A DNA stretch of 64,000 bases from Aquabacterium sp. (GTDB lineage Bacteria > Pseudomonadota > Gammaproteobacteria > Burkholderiales > Burkholderiaceae_C): contig NZ_JAYRDZ010000005.1 of the NCBI RefSeq assembly GCF_041909175.1, forward strand, positions 60,417-124,416, read 5' to 3'. The notes under the pieces are model-generated. The model had not been told where the DNA came from. It worked only from the letters and a program-made list of their open reading frames with translations, and ran no database searches. The position numbers and the translations under genes are program-made. Shown here one piece after another: positions 53,190-62,277 of this stretch (the stretch's first letter is position 1; each line of letters opens with the position of its first letter).

Positions 53190-53278
53190 CGTCACGCCCC
53201 CAGCGAAAGCTGAAATCCAGCCATGCCCAACGGCCGCCGAGGTTTGCCCTGGGATACCAGCCTGCGCTGGCATGACAG
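53190..53278. repeat. REP-like inverted doublet
   Basis: CGTCAC..CCCAGC-GAAA-GCTGAAATCCAG ... CTGGGATACCAGC-CTGC-GCTGGCATGACAG; resembles the GTCATTCCCGCGAAAGCGGGAATCCA repeat family. Confidence 0.6.
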
Positions 53279-53400
53279 GGCAAGGAGGGGCCAGGCGCAT
53301 ATGCCTTAGGCCGCTGACGCTGCAGAGCCGACGATCTACACTCAGGCTGGTGTGGATGAGGGTCGTCCACTCAAAACGGGCCTCAACTCAGGTGACTGCT

Positions 53401-53817
53401 TCACGCTTTCTTCGGCAACTCAAACACCAGGCAGGTTGTGGTGGCGTGGGCATAGAGGGTGCCGTCTGCACCAAACAGGCGTGCCTCAGCCGTGGCCAGT
53501 TGCCTGCCACAGTGCAACACCTTGCCTTCTGCTCGCACCGGGCCGGCTTTCGGGGTCAAGGCCTTGACGATGTTCACGCTCAACTCGGCAGTGGTGTAGC
53601 CACGCCCGGCAGGCAGCATGCTGTGCACGGCACAGCCCAGGGCCGAGTCCAGCACCGTGGCAAACCAGCCGCCATGGACGGTACCCATCGGGTTCAGGTG
53701 CTCAGGGCCGGGCTGGCCCTGGAACAGGGCGCGGCCGCGTTCGATTTCCAGCGGCATGAAGTTCAACGTGGCACCGATCGTGGCATGGGGCACTTCGCCT
53801 TTCTGCATGGCCTGCAT
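53401..53817 (-). CDS. PaaI family thioesterase
   Basis: HLNPMGTVHGGWFATVLDSALGCAV and YTTAELSVN; true start unclear. Confidence 0.88.
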   Translation of the reverse strand: MQAMQKGEVPHATIGATLNFMPLEIERGRALFQGQPGPEHLNPMGTVHGGWFATVLDSALGCAVHSMLPAGRGYTTAELSVNIVKALTPKAGPVRAEGKVLHCGRQLATAEARLFGADGTLYAHATTTCLVFELPKKA

Positions 53818-53916
53818 CACTTCCAGCCCTGACTTGCCGCTCAGATGCTCGGCGTGAATGACGCCAGGGCCTGGTCCACGTGTCAGCCTGTCGCGTGCAG
53901 ACTGTCCCTCAGCCAG

Positions 53917-54384
53917 ATGAAAGCCCCTGCTCAGCCTGTGACCGGCAACTGTACAACCAGGGCGCCGCGTGGATGTACCCACTTCCAGTTGCGTCAGCTC
54001 ATGCGGCAAGTGGGCCTCATCTATGACGCTGAGCTGGCCGCGGTGGGTCTGAAGACCAGCCAGTATTCGCTCTTGTCATGCGTGTTGCATCTGGGGCCTA
54101 TCCGGCCCGGTGACCTGGCCGTGGCGATGAAGATGGACCCCTCAACCCTTACCCGCAACCTCAAGCCGATGATGGCGGGTGGTTGGCTGCAGCAGGCGCC
54201 TGGAGAGGACAAGCGCAGCCGGCTGATCTCCATCACCGATGAGGGCCGTGCCTTGCGCAACCAGGCGCAACGGCATTGGCGCAAGGCACAAGATCAGGTC
54301 AACGACAAGCTGGGGGTGCAGCGCGTGGTGGCCTTGCATGACTTGGTGCAGGAGTCATTGAGCTTGCTTGCTGATGCGGGATGA
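53917..54384 (+). CDS. MarR family regulator
   Basis: CT.F.LRQL.R, LKTSQYSLL, MDPSTLTRNLKP and DKRSRLI.IT.EG. Confidence 0.92.
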   Translation: MKAPAQPVTGNCTTRAPRGCTHFQLRQLMRQVGLIYDAELAAVGLKTSQYSLLSCVLHLGPIRPGDLAVAMKMDPSTLTRNLKPMMAGGWLQQAPGEDKRSRLISITDEGRALRNQAQRHWRKAQDQVNDKLGVQRVVALHDLVQESLSLLADAG

Positions 54385-54404
54385 CAGGCCATGCTGCCTG
54401 TGGG

Positions 54405-55823
54405 TCAGGCGGTCAATTGGCTTATCAGCCTGCCCAGCACCTTCACGGCCTCTAACACCCGAGGGTCTTGCGGGTGGCCCCCATTGAGTCGCAAGGCCGA
54501 CTGAAAGCGCTGGTCTGCTGAAAACAGGGCGCCAGGCGCCACGCTGATGCCCTGTGCCAGGGCCAGTTGATGCAGGCGCAGCGTATCGATGCCATCGGGC
54601 AGTTGCACCCACAGGAAGTAACCCCCGGCTGGCCTGGATACCCGCGTGCCTTTGGGGAAGTGCTGCAGCACCCATTGGCGCAGTTGGGCCAGGCTGGTGG
54701 CAAGTGTCTTGCGCAGTTGACGCAGGTGGCGGTCGTAGCCGCCTTCTTCCAGGTATTCGGCCAAGGCCAGCTGCGATGGTACGGAGGTGGCCAGCGAGCT
54801 CATCATCTTGAGCTTTTGCACCATGTGGCTGTAGCGTCCGCCCAGGGCCCAGCCCACGCGGTAGCCAGGTGCAAGGCACTTTGAAAACGAGCTGCAGTAC
54901 AGCACCTGCCCTTCGGTGTCGAACGCCTTGAGCGGCAGGGGGCGTGCGCTGCCATGGTGCAGTTCGCCATAGACGTCGTCTTCCACCACGGGAATGCCGG
55001 CCTGATTCAGTACCCGCATGACCGCCTGCTTGCGGGCATGAGGCATCAGCGCGCCCAGTGGGTTCTGAAAGTTGGGCATCAGCCAGCAGGCGGCCACGCG
55101 GTGGCGCTGGATGACCTCAGCCAGGCCATCAGGGTCTACGCCTGACTGCGGATCGGTGGGCAGTTCGACCACGCGCAGGTGCAGGCGTTCGAGGGCCTGC
55201 AGCGCTGCGTAGAAGGTGGGGGCCTCCACGGCGACCACGTCCCCGGGCTGGGTGACCGCCTGCAGGCACAGGTTGAGGGCCTCCATGGCACCATTGGTGA
55301 TGATGGGGTCTTGATGGCCCACGCGCAGCCCGTGGCGCACGCTGCGGGCGCGCAGGGCCTCGCGCAAGCGCGCGTTGCCCGATGTCAGTTCGGTGGTCAG
55401 GGCCTGGGGGGCGAGTTGCCGCATGGCTCGGGCACCGTCTCGGGCCAGGCGCTCCAGCGGGAACAGCGTGGGAGACGGGAAGGCTGACCCGAGGGGCACC
55501 ACGTCGCGATCCCGGGTGCTGTTCAGCACGTCGAACACCAGTTCGCTGACGGCTACCGGGGTGCTGTCGGCCCGCGGCGTCACGGCCAGTGCCGGCGCAG
55601 CAGCACGGCGCAACGGCTTGCGCACATAGAAGCCCGACCGTGGCCGGGACTCGATCATCCCCCGACTTTCGAGCAGATCGTAGGCTTGGAATACCGTGGC
55701 GGGACTGACCTGTGCCTGGGTGCAGGTTTGCCGCACCGAAGGCAGGCGCTCGCCCGGCTGCAACTGGCCGTCAAGGATGCGTTGGGCCACGGCATCGGCC
55801 AGCTGTTCATACAGGGTAGACAT
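54405..55823 (-). CDS. MocR/GntR-family PLP-dependent regulator
   Basis: GERLPSVR HTH, PNFQNPLG, EDDVY and SFSKCLAPGYRVGW. Confidence 0.95.
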   Translation of the reverse strand: MSTLYEQLADAVAQRILDGQLQPGERLPSVRQTCTQAQVSPATVFQAYDLLESRGMIESRPRSGFYVRKPLRRAAAPALAVTPRADSTPVAVSELVFDVLNSTRDRDVVPLGSAFPSPTLFPLERLARDGARAMRQLAPQALTTELTSGNARLREALRARSVRHGLRVGHQDPIITNGAMEALNLCLQAVTQPGDVVAVEAPTFYAALQALERLHLRVVELPTDPQSGVDPDGLAEVIQRHRVAACWLMPNFQNPLGALMPHARKQAVMRVLNQAGIPVVEDDVYGELHHGSARPLPLKAFDTEGQVLYCSSFSKCLAPGYRVGWALGGRYSHMVQKLKMMSSLATSVPSQLALAEYLEEGGYDRHLRQLRKTLATSLAQLRQWVLQHFPKGTRVSRPAGGYFLWVQLPDGIDTLRLHQLALAQGISVAPGALFSADQRFQSALRLNGGHPQDPRVLEAVKVLGRLISQLTA

Positions 55824-55905
55824 GGTGTTGGCGTCAAACTGATATGGTTATTTTCATAGAAATCTGAATCTGGCGTATCAGATGGCTTGGGTGGAGCATG
55901 TGCGC

Positions 55906-56646
55906 ATGAACACAAGCACTGTCTTTCCGGCGTCCACCGCAGAAGCTGACCCAGAGGGCTTGCTGGCCGACGTGATCACGTCGGGTTGGCCGCGCCTGAT
56001 CGTGCCCCGCGACATGGGGGGCGAGGGGGCCTCGCCAGAGCAGTTGGCTGAAGCGTTGCGAGGTCTTGCCCGCCACCACCCGGCCGCAGCCTGGATGGCG
56101 TGGTCTCATGGCCTGGTGATCGAGGCCCTGGTCCGCTCGCCAAATGTGGCGGTGCGCGAAACCGTGTTGCCTGATTTGCTCGATGGCACGCGCGCCGGTG
56201 CCGTGTCATGGGTGACCGAGTTGGGTTTGGTCCCTGCACCCAAGCCGGTTCACGCCACGCCACTGGAGAGAGGTTGGCACCTCGATGGCCGCCTGGACCA
56301 GGTGCTGAACCTGCAGTGGGGAGGTTATGTGGTGTTGTGCCCGGTGTGGTTCGCCGCGACCGATGCACCGACCTATCGCTTGGGATGGACCCTGCTGCGC
56401 GGTGAAGAAGATGGGCTGCAACACGAGATGGATCGCAGCCGTTCACTGGCCCGTCAGGCGGCCTGCGGCACGGTGACCCTGAAGGCCGTGTACTTCCGAG
56501 AAGACGAGCTGCTGGCGGACCATGCGGAAGCTCTGAGCACACCTCTGCGTGTATTGGATCAGGCCTTGCGTGCGGCGTTTTGGTCCGGCGTGTCTGCTGC
56601 CCCATCCAGCCCCAATGAATTTGAACATCTAGGAGCACGTCGATGA
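55906..56646 (+). CDS. Short acyl-CoA-dehydrogenase-like protein (C-terminal domain apparently absent)
   Basis: VP..MGGEG, LAR..PAAAW..W.H and GWHLDG..; TGA overlaps ccoG ATG. Confidence 0.55.
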   Translation: MNTSTVFPASTAEADPEGLLADVITSGWPRLIVPRDMGGEGASPEQLAEALRGLARHHPAAAWMAWSHGLVIEALVRSPNVAVRETVLPDLLDGTRAGAVSWVTELGLVPAPKPVHATPLERGWHLDGRLDQVLNLQWGGYVVLCPVWFAATDAPTYRLGWTLLRGEEDGLQHEMDRSRSLARQAACGTVTLKAVYFREDELLADHAEALSTPLRVLDQALRAAFWSGVSAAPSSPNEFEHLGARR

Positions 56647-58055
56647 GCGAGTCCCGACGCATTGTCCCCATCCTTCCGTCACTTGATCTTCCAGGTGTGG
56701 AGGCCGCCCACAAGGTTCAGGCCCGCAGCACTCAGGGGCGCTTCTCGCGTTGGCGCAGGGCCAGTTTGCTGGCCACACAGCTGTTTTTTTTCGGCTTGCC
56801 CTGGCTGAACTGGCATGGTCGCCAGATGGTGCGCTTTGACCTGGAGGCCAAGCGCTTTTATCTGTGCAACCTGATCCTGCTGCCCCAGGACCTCATTTTT
56901 TTGGCAGGCCTGCTGGTGTTCTGTGCCATGGGGCTGTTCATGGTCACCACCTTGTGGGGCCGCCTGTGGTGTGGCTTCAGTTGCCCTCAGACGGTCTACA
57001 CCGAGTTGTTCATGTGGGTCGAACGGCGACTGGAGGGGGATCGCTACCAGCGCCTGAAGCTTGACCAGTCGGGCTGGAATGCCAATAAGGTGTGGCGGCG
57101 TGGTGGCAAGCAACTGGCATGGGGCGCCATCTCGGTGTGGACGGGGTTGACCTTCGTCGGCTGGTTTTCGCCGATGCGGGAGCTGGTACCCAGCCTGGTC
57201 ATGGGCACGCTGAGCTTCTGGGATGGCTTCTGGGCCTTGTTCTATGGCGGGTTCTGCTACATGAACGCTGGCTTGCTGCGCGAGAAGGTGTGCCTGCACA
57301 TGTGCCCCTATGGTCGCTTCCAGGGGGCGCTGATGGATGGTGACACCCGCATCGTGGCATATGACACCCAGCGTGGCGAGCCTCGTGGCGCCCATCGCGG
57401 CAGACTCCATTCGGCCGCGGGTGCCTGCATCGACTGCACGATGTGTGTGCAGGTCTGTCCGACCGGGATCGACATCCGCGAGGGTCTGCAGGCCGCCTGC
57501 ATCGGGTGCGGCTTGTGCATCGACGCGTGCGATCAGATCATGGACAAGACCGGGCAGCCGCGAGGGCTGGTGCGTGTGGCCACGCAGCGTGAACTGGGGC
57601 AAGGTGGCCAGGTCGGTCAGGCATCGTCCTGGTCTAGGCTGCGCGTGCGTGTGTATGCCGGGGTGATGTGCGTTTTACTGTTTGCCCTGGTTGGCGCCTT
57701 GATGAGTCGCCCCGATATCCGAGTGGACGTGATCCGTGACCGTGGCGTGATGGCCCGCACGGTGGATGACGGTGCCATCGAGAACGTCTACCGCGTTCAG
57801 CTGATGAACCAGACCGACCTGCCTCAAGGCATCCAGATTGGCGTGCGTGGTTTGCCTGGTGCTGCAACGACGTCGCCCCCGGTTGTGCTGGGGCCGGTCG
57901 AGGACCGCATGGTGCAGGTTTCCGTGCGGGTGCCGCCGGCACAGGCAGTGCAGTTGACTGGTCGCGTGGTACCGATTCATTTCGAGGTGGCCAGCCGCAC
58001 CGCCCGTGATAGCAGCCTGGTCAGTGAGGCGAGTACGTTCATCGTGCCGCGCTGA
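56643..58055 (+). CDS. ccoG: Cytochrome c oxidase accessory protein CcoG/FixG
   Basis: GRLWCGFSCPQTV, CLHMCPYGRFQ and CIDCTMCVQVCPTGIDIR..ACIGCGLCIDAC. Confidence 0.93.
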   Translation: MSESRRIVPILPSLDLPGVEAAHKVQARSTQGRFSRWRRASLLATQLFFFGLPWLNWHGRQMVRFDLEAKRFYLCNLILLPQDLIFLAGLLVFCAMGLFMVTTLWGRLWCGFSCPQTVYTELFMWVERRLEGDRYQRLKLDQSGWNANKVWRRGGKQLAWGAISVWTGLTFVGWFSPMRELVPSLVMGTLSFWDGFWALFYGGFCYMNAGLLREKVCLHMCPYGRFQGALMDGDTRIVAYDTQRGEPRGAHRGRLHSAAGACIDCTMCVQVCPTGIDIREGLQAACIGCGLCIDACDQIMDKTGQPRGLVRVATQRELGQGGQVGQASSWSRLRVRVYAGVMCVLLFALVGALMSRPDIRVDVIRDRGVMARTVDDGAIENVYRVQLMNQTDLPQGIQIGVRGLPGAATTSPPVVLGPVEDRMVQVSVRVPPAQAVQLTGRVVPIHFEVASRTARDSSLVSEASTFIVPR

Positions 58056-58119
58056 CAAGGGGCGCGAGCAACGCTTGATAGAGTTGGATTCAAGCCTGCC
58101 TGAGTGGATACTGGTCACC

Positions 58120-59175
58120 ATGCTGAAAACACCCCTGCTGTTCCTCTCCATCGTGCTCTTGCAACTCGGCCTGGTTCTGGCCTTGTTCCTGCAGCGTCGT
58201 GCCCTGAAGGCGCATCAGAATCGCATCGTGGCCGCTTTGCCTCCGGGTGTGCGCTTTTGGCGGGTGGCGCTGGCCCGCAGTGCGCACCTTAACCGGCTGT
58301 GGCGGCTGGGGCCTGTGCAGGCCCTGGGGGTGTTGGTCGATGAGGGGGCTCAGGTGCGGCTGCGCTGCCGCTGGCATGGTGCCAACGAAGATGCCGATGT
58401 GGTGTTGTCCAAGCAGGCGCCGCAGCAACCCCAGTGGCGAGGCCCTTTCAACTTGCGGGCCGGACAAATGGCCTGGGCGAGTTTTCCATGCCCTGATGGC
58501 GATGTGATGGTGGCCATTGATACCGGGCTGCAGACGCTGGGTTCGCGTGAGGCGCTGGCCGACATGCTGCGCTCGGTGTACCCCGGCATGCTGCTGCCAG
58601 ACAGTGCCGACCATGAGTTCGCGCTGGAAAAGCACAAGGGCACGCTGTTCACCATGGTGCTGATGCTGGGCTTGTTCCTGTTTGCCGTGGTGGACACCTT
58701 TGTGGTGGGCCGCTTCGAGTTGATTGACGCCCAGATTGCGCAGTTCTTGCGCACGCCCACCGTGCTGGCAGGCTATGGCTTGTGGCTGCTGTTGGTTGGG
58801 GTGCTGGTGTTCACGTCATTGCGTCGGGCCACGGTGCCGCCACGTGAAGCCTATGGGCTGGCCATTCTGGTTGCGGTGGTGGCCGCGCTCGTGACCCCAC
58901 CGGTGCTCAAGCGGGTGGACCAGCTGACGGCGGGCCCCTCGGTCAACTACGCTTACCGGGTGTCTGCCAGTGTGGGCACCTTGTACCCGGTGGATACGCA
59001 GCATGGCATGCCGGTGCTGCGTTTCAAAAGGGCACCCGAGTACTGGGCCCAGTTCGAGCCTGACACGGTGGTGCAGATCCCGATGGTGCACGGCAAGCTG
59101 GGTTTGTGGCAGTTGGATCACGAGCGGTTTGATCCGCCCGTGATCGCCTTCTACCGAGGTGGGCAGCGCCAGTGA
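58120..59175 (+). CDS. Hypothetical multi-TM membrane protein
   Basis: Long ORF with an N-terminal TM segment, a soluble domain and three further TM segments. Confidence 0.65.
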   Translation: MLKTPLLFLSIVLLQLGLVLALFLQRRALKAHQNRIVAALPPGVRFWRVALARSAHLNRLWRLGPVQALGVLVDEGAQVRLRCRWHGANEDADVVLSKQAPQQPQWRGPFNLRAGQMAWASFPCPDGDVMVAIDTGLQTLGSREALADMLRSVYPGMLLPDSADHEFALEKHKGTLFTMVLMLGLFLFAVVDTFVVGRFELIDAQIAQFLRTPTVLAGYGLWLLLVGVLVFTSLRRATVPPREAYGLAILVAVVAALVTPPVLKRVDQLTAGPSVNYAYRVSASVGTLYPVDTQHGMPVLRFKRAPEYWAQFEPDTVVQIPMVHGKLGLWQLDHERFDPPVIAFYRGGQRQ

Positions 59176-59184
59176 GCAGAGGGC

Positions 59185-60501
59185 TCAGCGCAGCTTTTCG
59201 AGCAGGGTGTAGTACCACATGCCCAGGGCCAGCAGGGGGTTGCCGAGGGCCCGGCCAAAAGGCACCTTGATGTGTTTGCATGCAGCAAAGGTGTCAAAGC
59301 GCGTGAGGGTGCCGGTGATGGCTTCAGCCATGATTTCACCCATGATGTGGCTGGTGGCCACGCCATGCCCGGAGTAGCCCTGGCAGTACCAGACGTTGTC
59401 TGACAGCTTGCCCAACTGGGGGATGCGGTTGATGACGATGCCCATGGCGCAGGTCCATTCGAAATCGATGCGCACGCCTTTCAGCTGCGGGAAGGTCTGC
59501 TCGATGAAGGGGCGCAACTCGCCAGCCACATCACGCGAATCGCGTCCGGAGTAGTTGGCGCCGCCCCCGAACAGCAGACGCTGGTCGGCCGTGAAGCGGA
59601 AGTAATCGAGCACGAAACGGCAGTCGTATACGGCGAGGTTGTCGGGGTTGAGCTGGCGGGCCAGGTCGCCCAGCGGTTCGGTGGCGACAATGCCGCCCAT
59701 GGCCGGGAAGATCTTGCCGCCGAGCTTCTTCTTTTCGAGGTGGTGGTAAACGTCGCCTGCCAGCATCACCTGACGGGCCTCGACGCGGCCTTGGGCTGTG
59801 ACCACCGCGGGCTTGGCGCCATGCACGATGTCGAGCACCTCGGTGTGCTCGAAGATTTGCACCCCCAGTTGTTCGGCGGCACGGGCTTCACCGATGCACA
59901 GATTGAGCGGGTGCAGGTGCATGTTGCGCATGTTGCGGATGGCGCCGATGTAGCGTTCGCTGCACAGCGCTTCGCGTACGCCGGTCTGGTCCAGCAAGGT
60001 GACCTGGTCCGCCATGCCGTGCTGCAGGGCTTCTTCGTACGAGGCACGCAACTCGGTCAGGTGGGCGGGGGTCATGGCGGCATGCAGGTGGCCGTGCTGC
60101 AGATCGCACTGGATGCCGTATGTCGCTACGCGCTGCTGGATGATCTCGTGGCCGCGCCAGCGCAGGTGCCAGATGAAATCATCGACCTCCTGACCCAGAG
60201 TGGCACGCATCTGCTTGCGCATGGCACCATCGCCCGAAAGGCTGCCTGTGACCTGACCGCCATTGCGGCCACTGGCGCCCCAACCGACTTTGTGGGTTTC
60301 CAGCAGCGCCACCTTGAGGCCGCGTTCGGCCAGTTCCACGGCGGTGGCCACGCCCGTGAAGCCGCCACCGATGATGGCGACGTCGACCGCCACGGTGCCT
60401 TGCAGGGTGGGGTAGGCGGTTTCATCGCGCAGCGAGGCGCTGTAGTAAGAGCGGGTGCGCTCGGGTGCAGCGGCCACGGCGTTGTGTGTCGGGGTGTTCA
60501 T
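59185..60501 (-). CDS. FAD-dependent oxidoreductase, gamma-glutamylputrescine oxidase (PuuB)-like
   Basis: SYY.AS, IGGGFTG, GASGRNGGQ and GYSGHGV. Confidence 0.88.
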   Translation of the reverse strand: MNTPTHNAVAAAPERTRSYYSASLRDETAYPTLQGTVAVDVAIIGGGFTGVATAVELAERGLKVALLETHKVGWGASGRNGGQVTGSLSGDGAMRKQMRATLGQEVDDFIWHLRWRGHEIIQQRVATYGIQCDLQHGHLHAAMTPAHLTELRASYEEALQHGMADQVTLLDQTGVREALCSERYIGAIRNMRNMHLHPLNLCIGEARAAEQLGVQIFEHTEVLDIVHGAKPAVVTAQGRVEARQVMLAGDVYHHLEKKKLGGKIFPAMGGIVATEPLGDLARQLNPDNLAVYDCRFVLDYFRFTADQRLLFGGGANYSGRDSRDVAGELRPFIEQTFPQLKGVRIDFEWTCAMGIVINRIPQLGKLSDNVWYCQGYSGHGVATSHIMGEIMAEAITGTLTRFDTFAACKHIKVPFGRALGNPLLALGMWYYTLLEKLR

Positions 60502-60526
60502 GTGATGTGTATCTCGTGTTCGTTGC

Positions 60527-61891
60527 TCAGGCCTGGTTCAGGTACCAGCGCCAGTCCTGTTCACCCACTTCGCCCATGTACTGGCGGTACTCCTGGCGTT
60601 TGACGGCGAGGAAGACCTTGAGGAATTCGGGGCCGAAGGCACCGCGGGCCCAGTCGGATGCCGCCATGGCATCGAGTGCGCTCAGCCAGTCGGTGGGCAG
60701 CAGGCTGTCGGCTTGCGCATAGCCATTGCCTTCAATGGGGGCACCCGGGTCGATCTGTTCGCGGATGCCGGTGTGCGATGCCGCGATGATGGCCGCTGCG
60801 GCCAGGTAAGGGTTGGCATCGGCCCCGCAGACGCGGTGCTCCACATGGCGGCTGTAGGCTGGTCCGCCTGGTACGCGCAGGCTCACGGTACGGTTGTTGA
60901 CACCCCATGTCGGGGTCAGCGGGGCATAGCTGTTGGCCTGAAAGCGCCGATAGGAATTGGCGTTGGGGCAGAACATCAGCAGCGCATCAAGCAGATGGCG
61001 CTTCATGCCGCCCACTGCCTGACGCAGCAGGGGCGTGCCGGCCGGGTCGTCCGAAGCAAACAGGTTGTGGCCTGCCTGGTCTGCCACCGAGATGTGCATG
61101 TGCATGCCCGATCCGGCAATGTGCGCGAAGGGTTTGGCCATGAAGCAGGCCCGCATGCCATGCGCATGGGCCACGCCTTTGACGATGCGCTTGTAGCGCA
61201 CAGCGTGGTCCATGGCCGTGAGTGCCGGGCCATGTTCCAGGGTGATCTCGACCTGACCGGGGGCGTATTCCGAAATGGCCGTGCGGGCCGGGATGCCCTG
61301 TGCCTCACAGGCGGCGTAGAGGTCAGCCAGGAAGGGTTCGATCTGTTCCAGTTCGCGCAGGCCATAGACCTGGGTCTGACCGGGGCGGCCGCCGTCGACA
61401 TCGAGGGCGGGCTGTGGGCGGCCTTGGGTGTCGTTGTGTGCGTCGAGCAGGTAGAACTCCAACTCGCAGGCCATGATGGGGTGCAGTCCATCGGCTTCCA
61501 TGTGGCCGATGACCTGTTGCAGCAGGTGGCGCGGGTCGGCCACCACCGCGGGCAGGCCTTCGTGCGGGTGCATCTGGACCTGTACCGCCCCGGTGGGCAT
61601 CTGTCGCCAGGGCAGGCGAACCAGGCTGCCTGGCAGCGGGTAGGCACGGCAGTCGATGTCGCCCACGTCCCAGACCAGACCGCTGCCATCGGTGTCTTCG
61701 CCCAGCACGGTGAGGTTCATCATGGCGCTGGGCAGGGGGCGCCCGTCACGGAAGACGGTCAGCAACTCTTCCCGGTGCAGCAGCTTGCCGCGCGGGACGC
61801 CGGCAGCGTCGATGATGAAGAGTTCGAACAGGGTGATGTCGGGGTGGCGCGCCAGGAAATCCAGCGCTTCTTGTTCAGGAGCAAAAGTCAT
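60527..61891 (-). CDS. Glutamine-synthetase-family protein, gamma-glutamylpolyamine synthetase (PuuA)-like
   Basis: ELEFYL, SEYAPGQVE, FMAKP...GSGMHMH, NSYRRF and HRVCGADANPYL; next to a PuuB-like gene. Confidence 0.88.
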   Translation of the reverse strand: MTFAPEQEALDFLARHPDITLFELFIIDAAGVPRGKLLHREELLTVFRDGRPLPSAMMNLTVLGEDTDGSGLVWDVGDIDCRAYPLPGSLVRLPWRQMPTGAVQVQMHPHEGLPAVVADPRHLLQQVIGHMEADGLHPIMACELEFYLLDAHNDTQGRPQPALDVDGGRPGQTQVYGLRELEQIEPFLADLYAACEAQGIPARTAISEYAPGQVEITLEHGPALTAMDHAVRYKRIVKGVAHAHGMRACFMAKPFAHIAGSGMHMHISVADQAGHNLFASDDPAGTPLLRQAVGGMKRHLLDALLMFCPNANSYRRFQANSYAPLTPTWGVNNRTVSLRVPGGPAYSRHVEHRVCGADANPYLAAAAIIAASHTGIREQIDPGAPIEGNGYAQADSLLPTDWLSALDAMAASDWARGAFGPEFLKVFLAVKRQEYRQYMGEVGEQDWRWYLNQA

Positions 61892-62013
61892 GTCGTACCT
61901 CGGCAAGGCATGCAGCCGCGCACGGACGCACCCACGCACACAGGCGCCAGGGCGGTCATGCCATCAGAAAAGGAAAAGGGATGAGGGCGCCAAAGGGCGC
62001 GCTGGGCTGAGAC

Positions 62014-62178
62014 TCAGCGCTGCGGTGGCCGAGCGTGACGACAGTGGTAGAGGGCCCAGAAGTCGAGGTTCACGCGGAGTACGCACACGCGCGCCAAAGC
62101 CTGATCGCGGGGGCGATCCAGCCTTGCTTCGGTGTGAAGCGGCTCGGGCAGTGCCGTGAACGGTGGGATGCAGGCCAT
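62014..62178 (-). CDS. Putative leader peptide (uORF) of the polyamine catabolism operon, 54 aa from ATG; shorter GTG/TTG starts possible
   Basis: MACIPP...ARVCVLRVNLDFWALYHCRHARPPQR*; 11 consecutive G/C-ending codons in the core; absent from the supplied ORF track, which lists nothing under 60 aa. Confidence 0.5.
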   Translation of the reverse strand: MACIPPFTALPEPLHTEARLDRPRDQALARVCVLRVNLDFWALYHCRHARPPQR

Positions 62179-62277
62179 GAGGTAGCGCGCAGAAACTTCG
62201 GGTGTGGAGACAGTCTACGAGAACACCCAAGCAATTTCAATGCGCAGTGCGAAGCCTCATGGTGGGGCAACTGGTCT

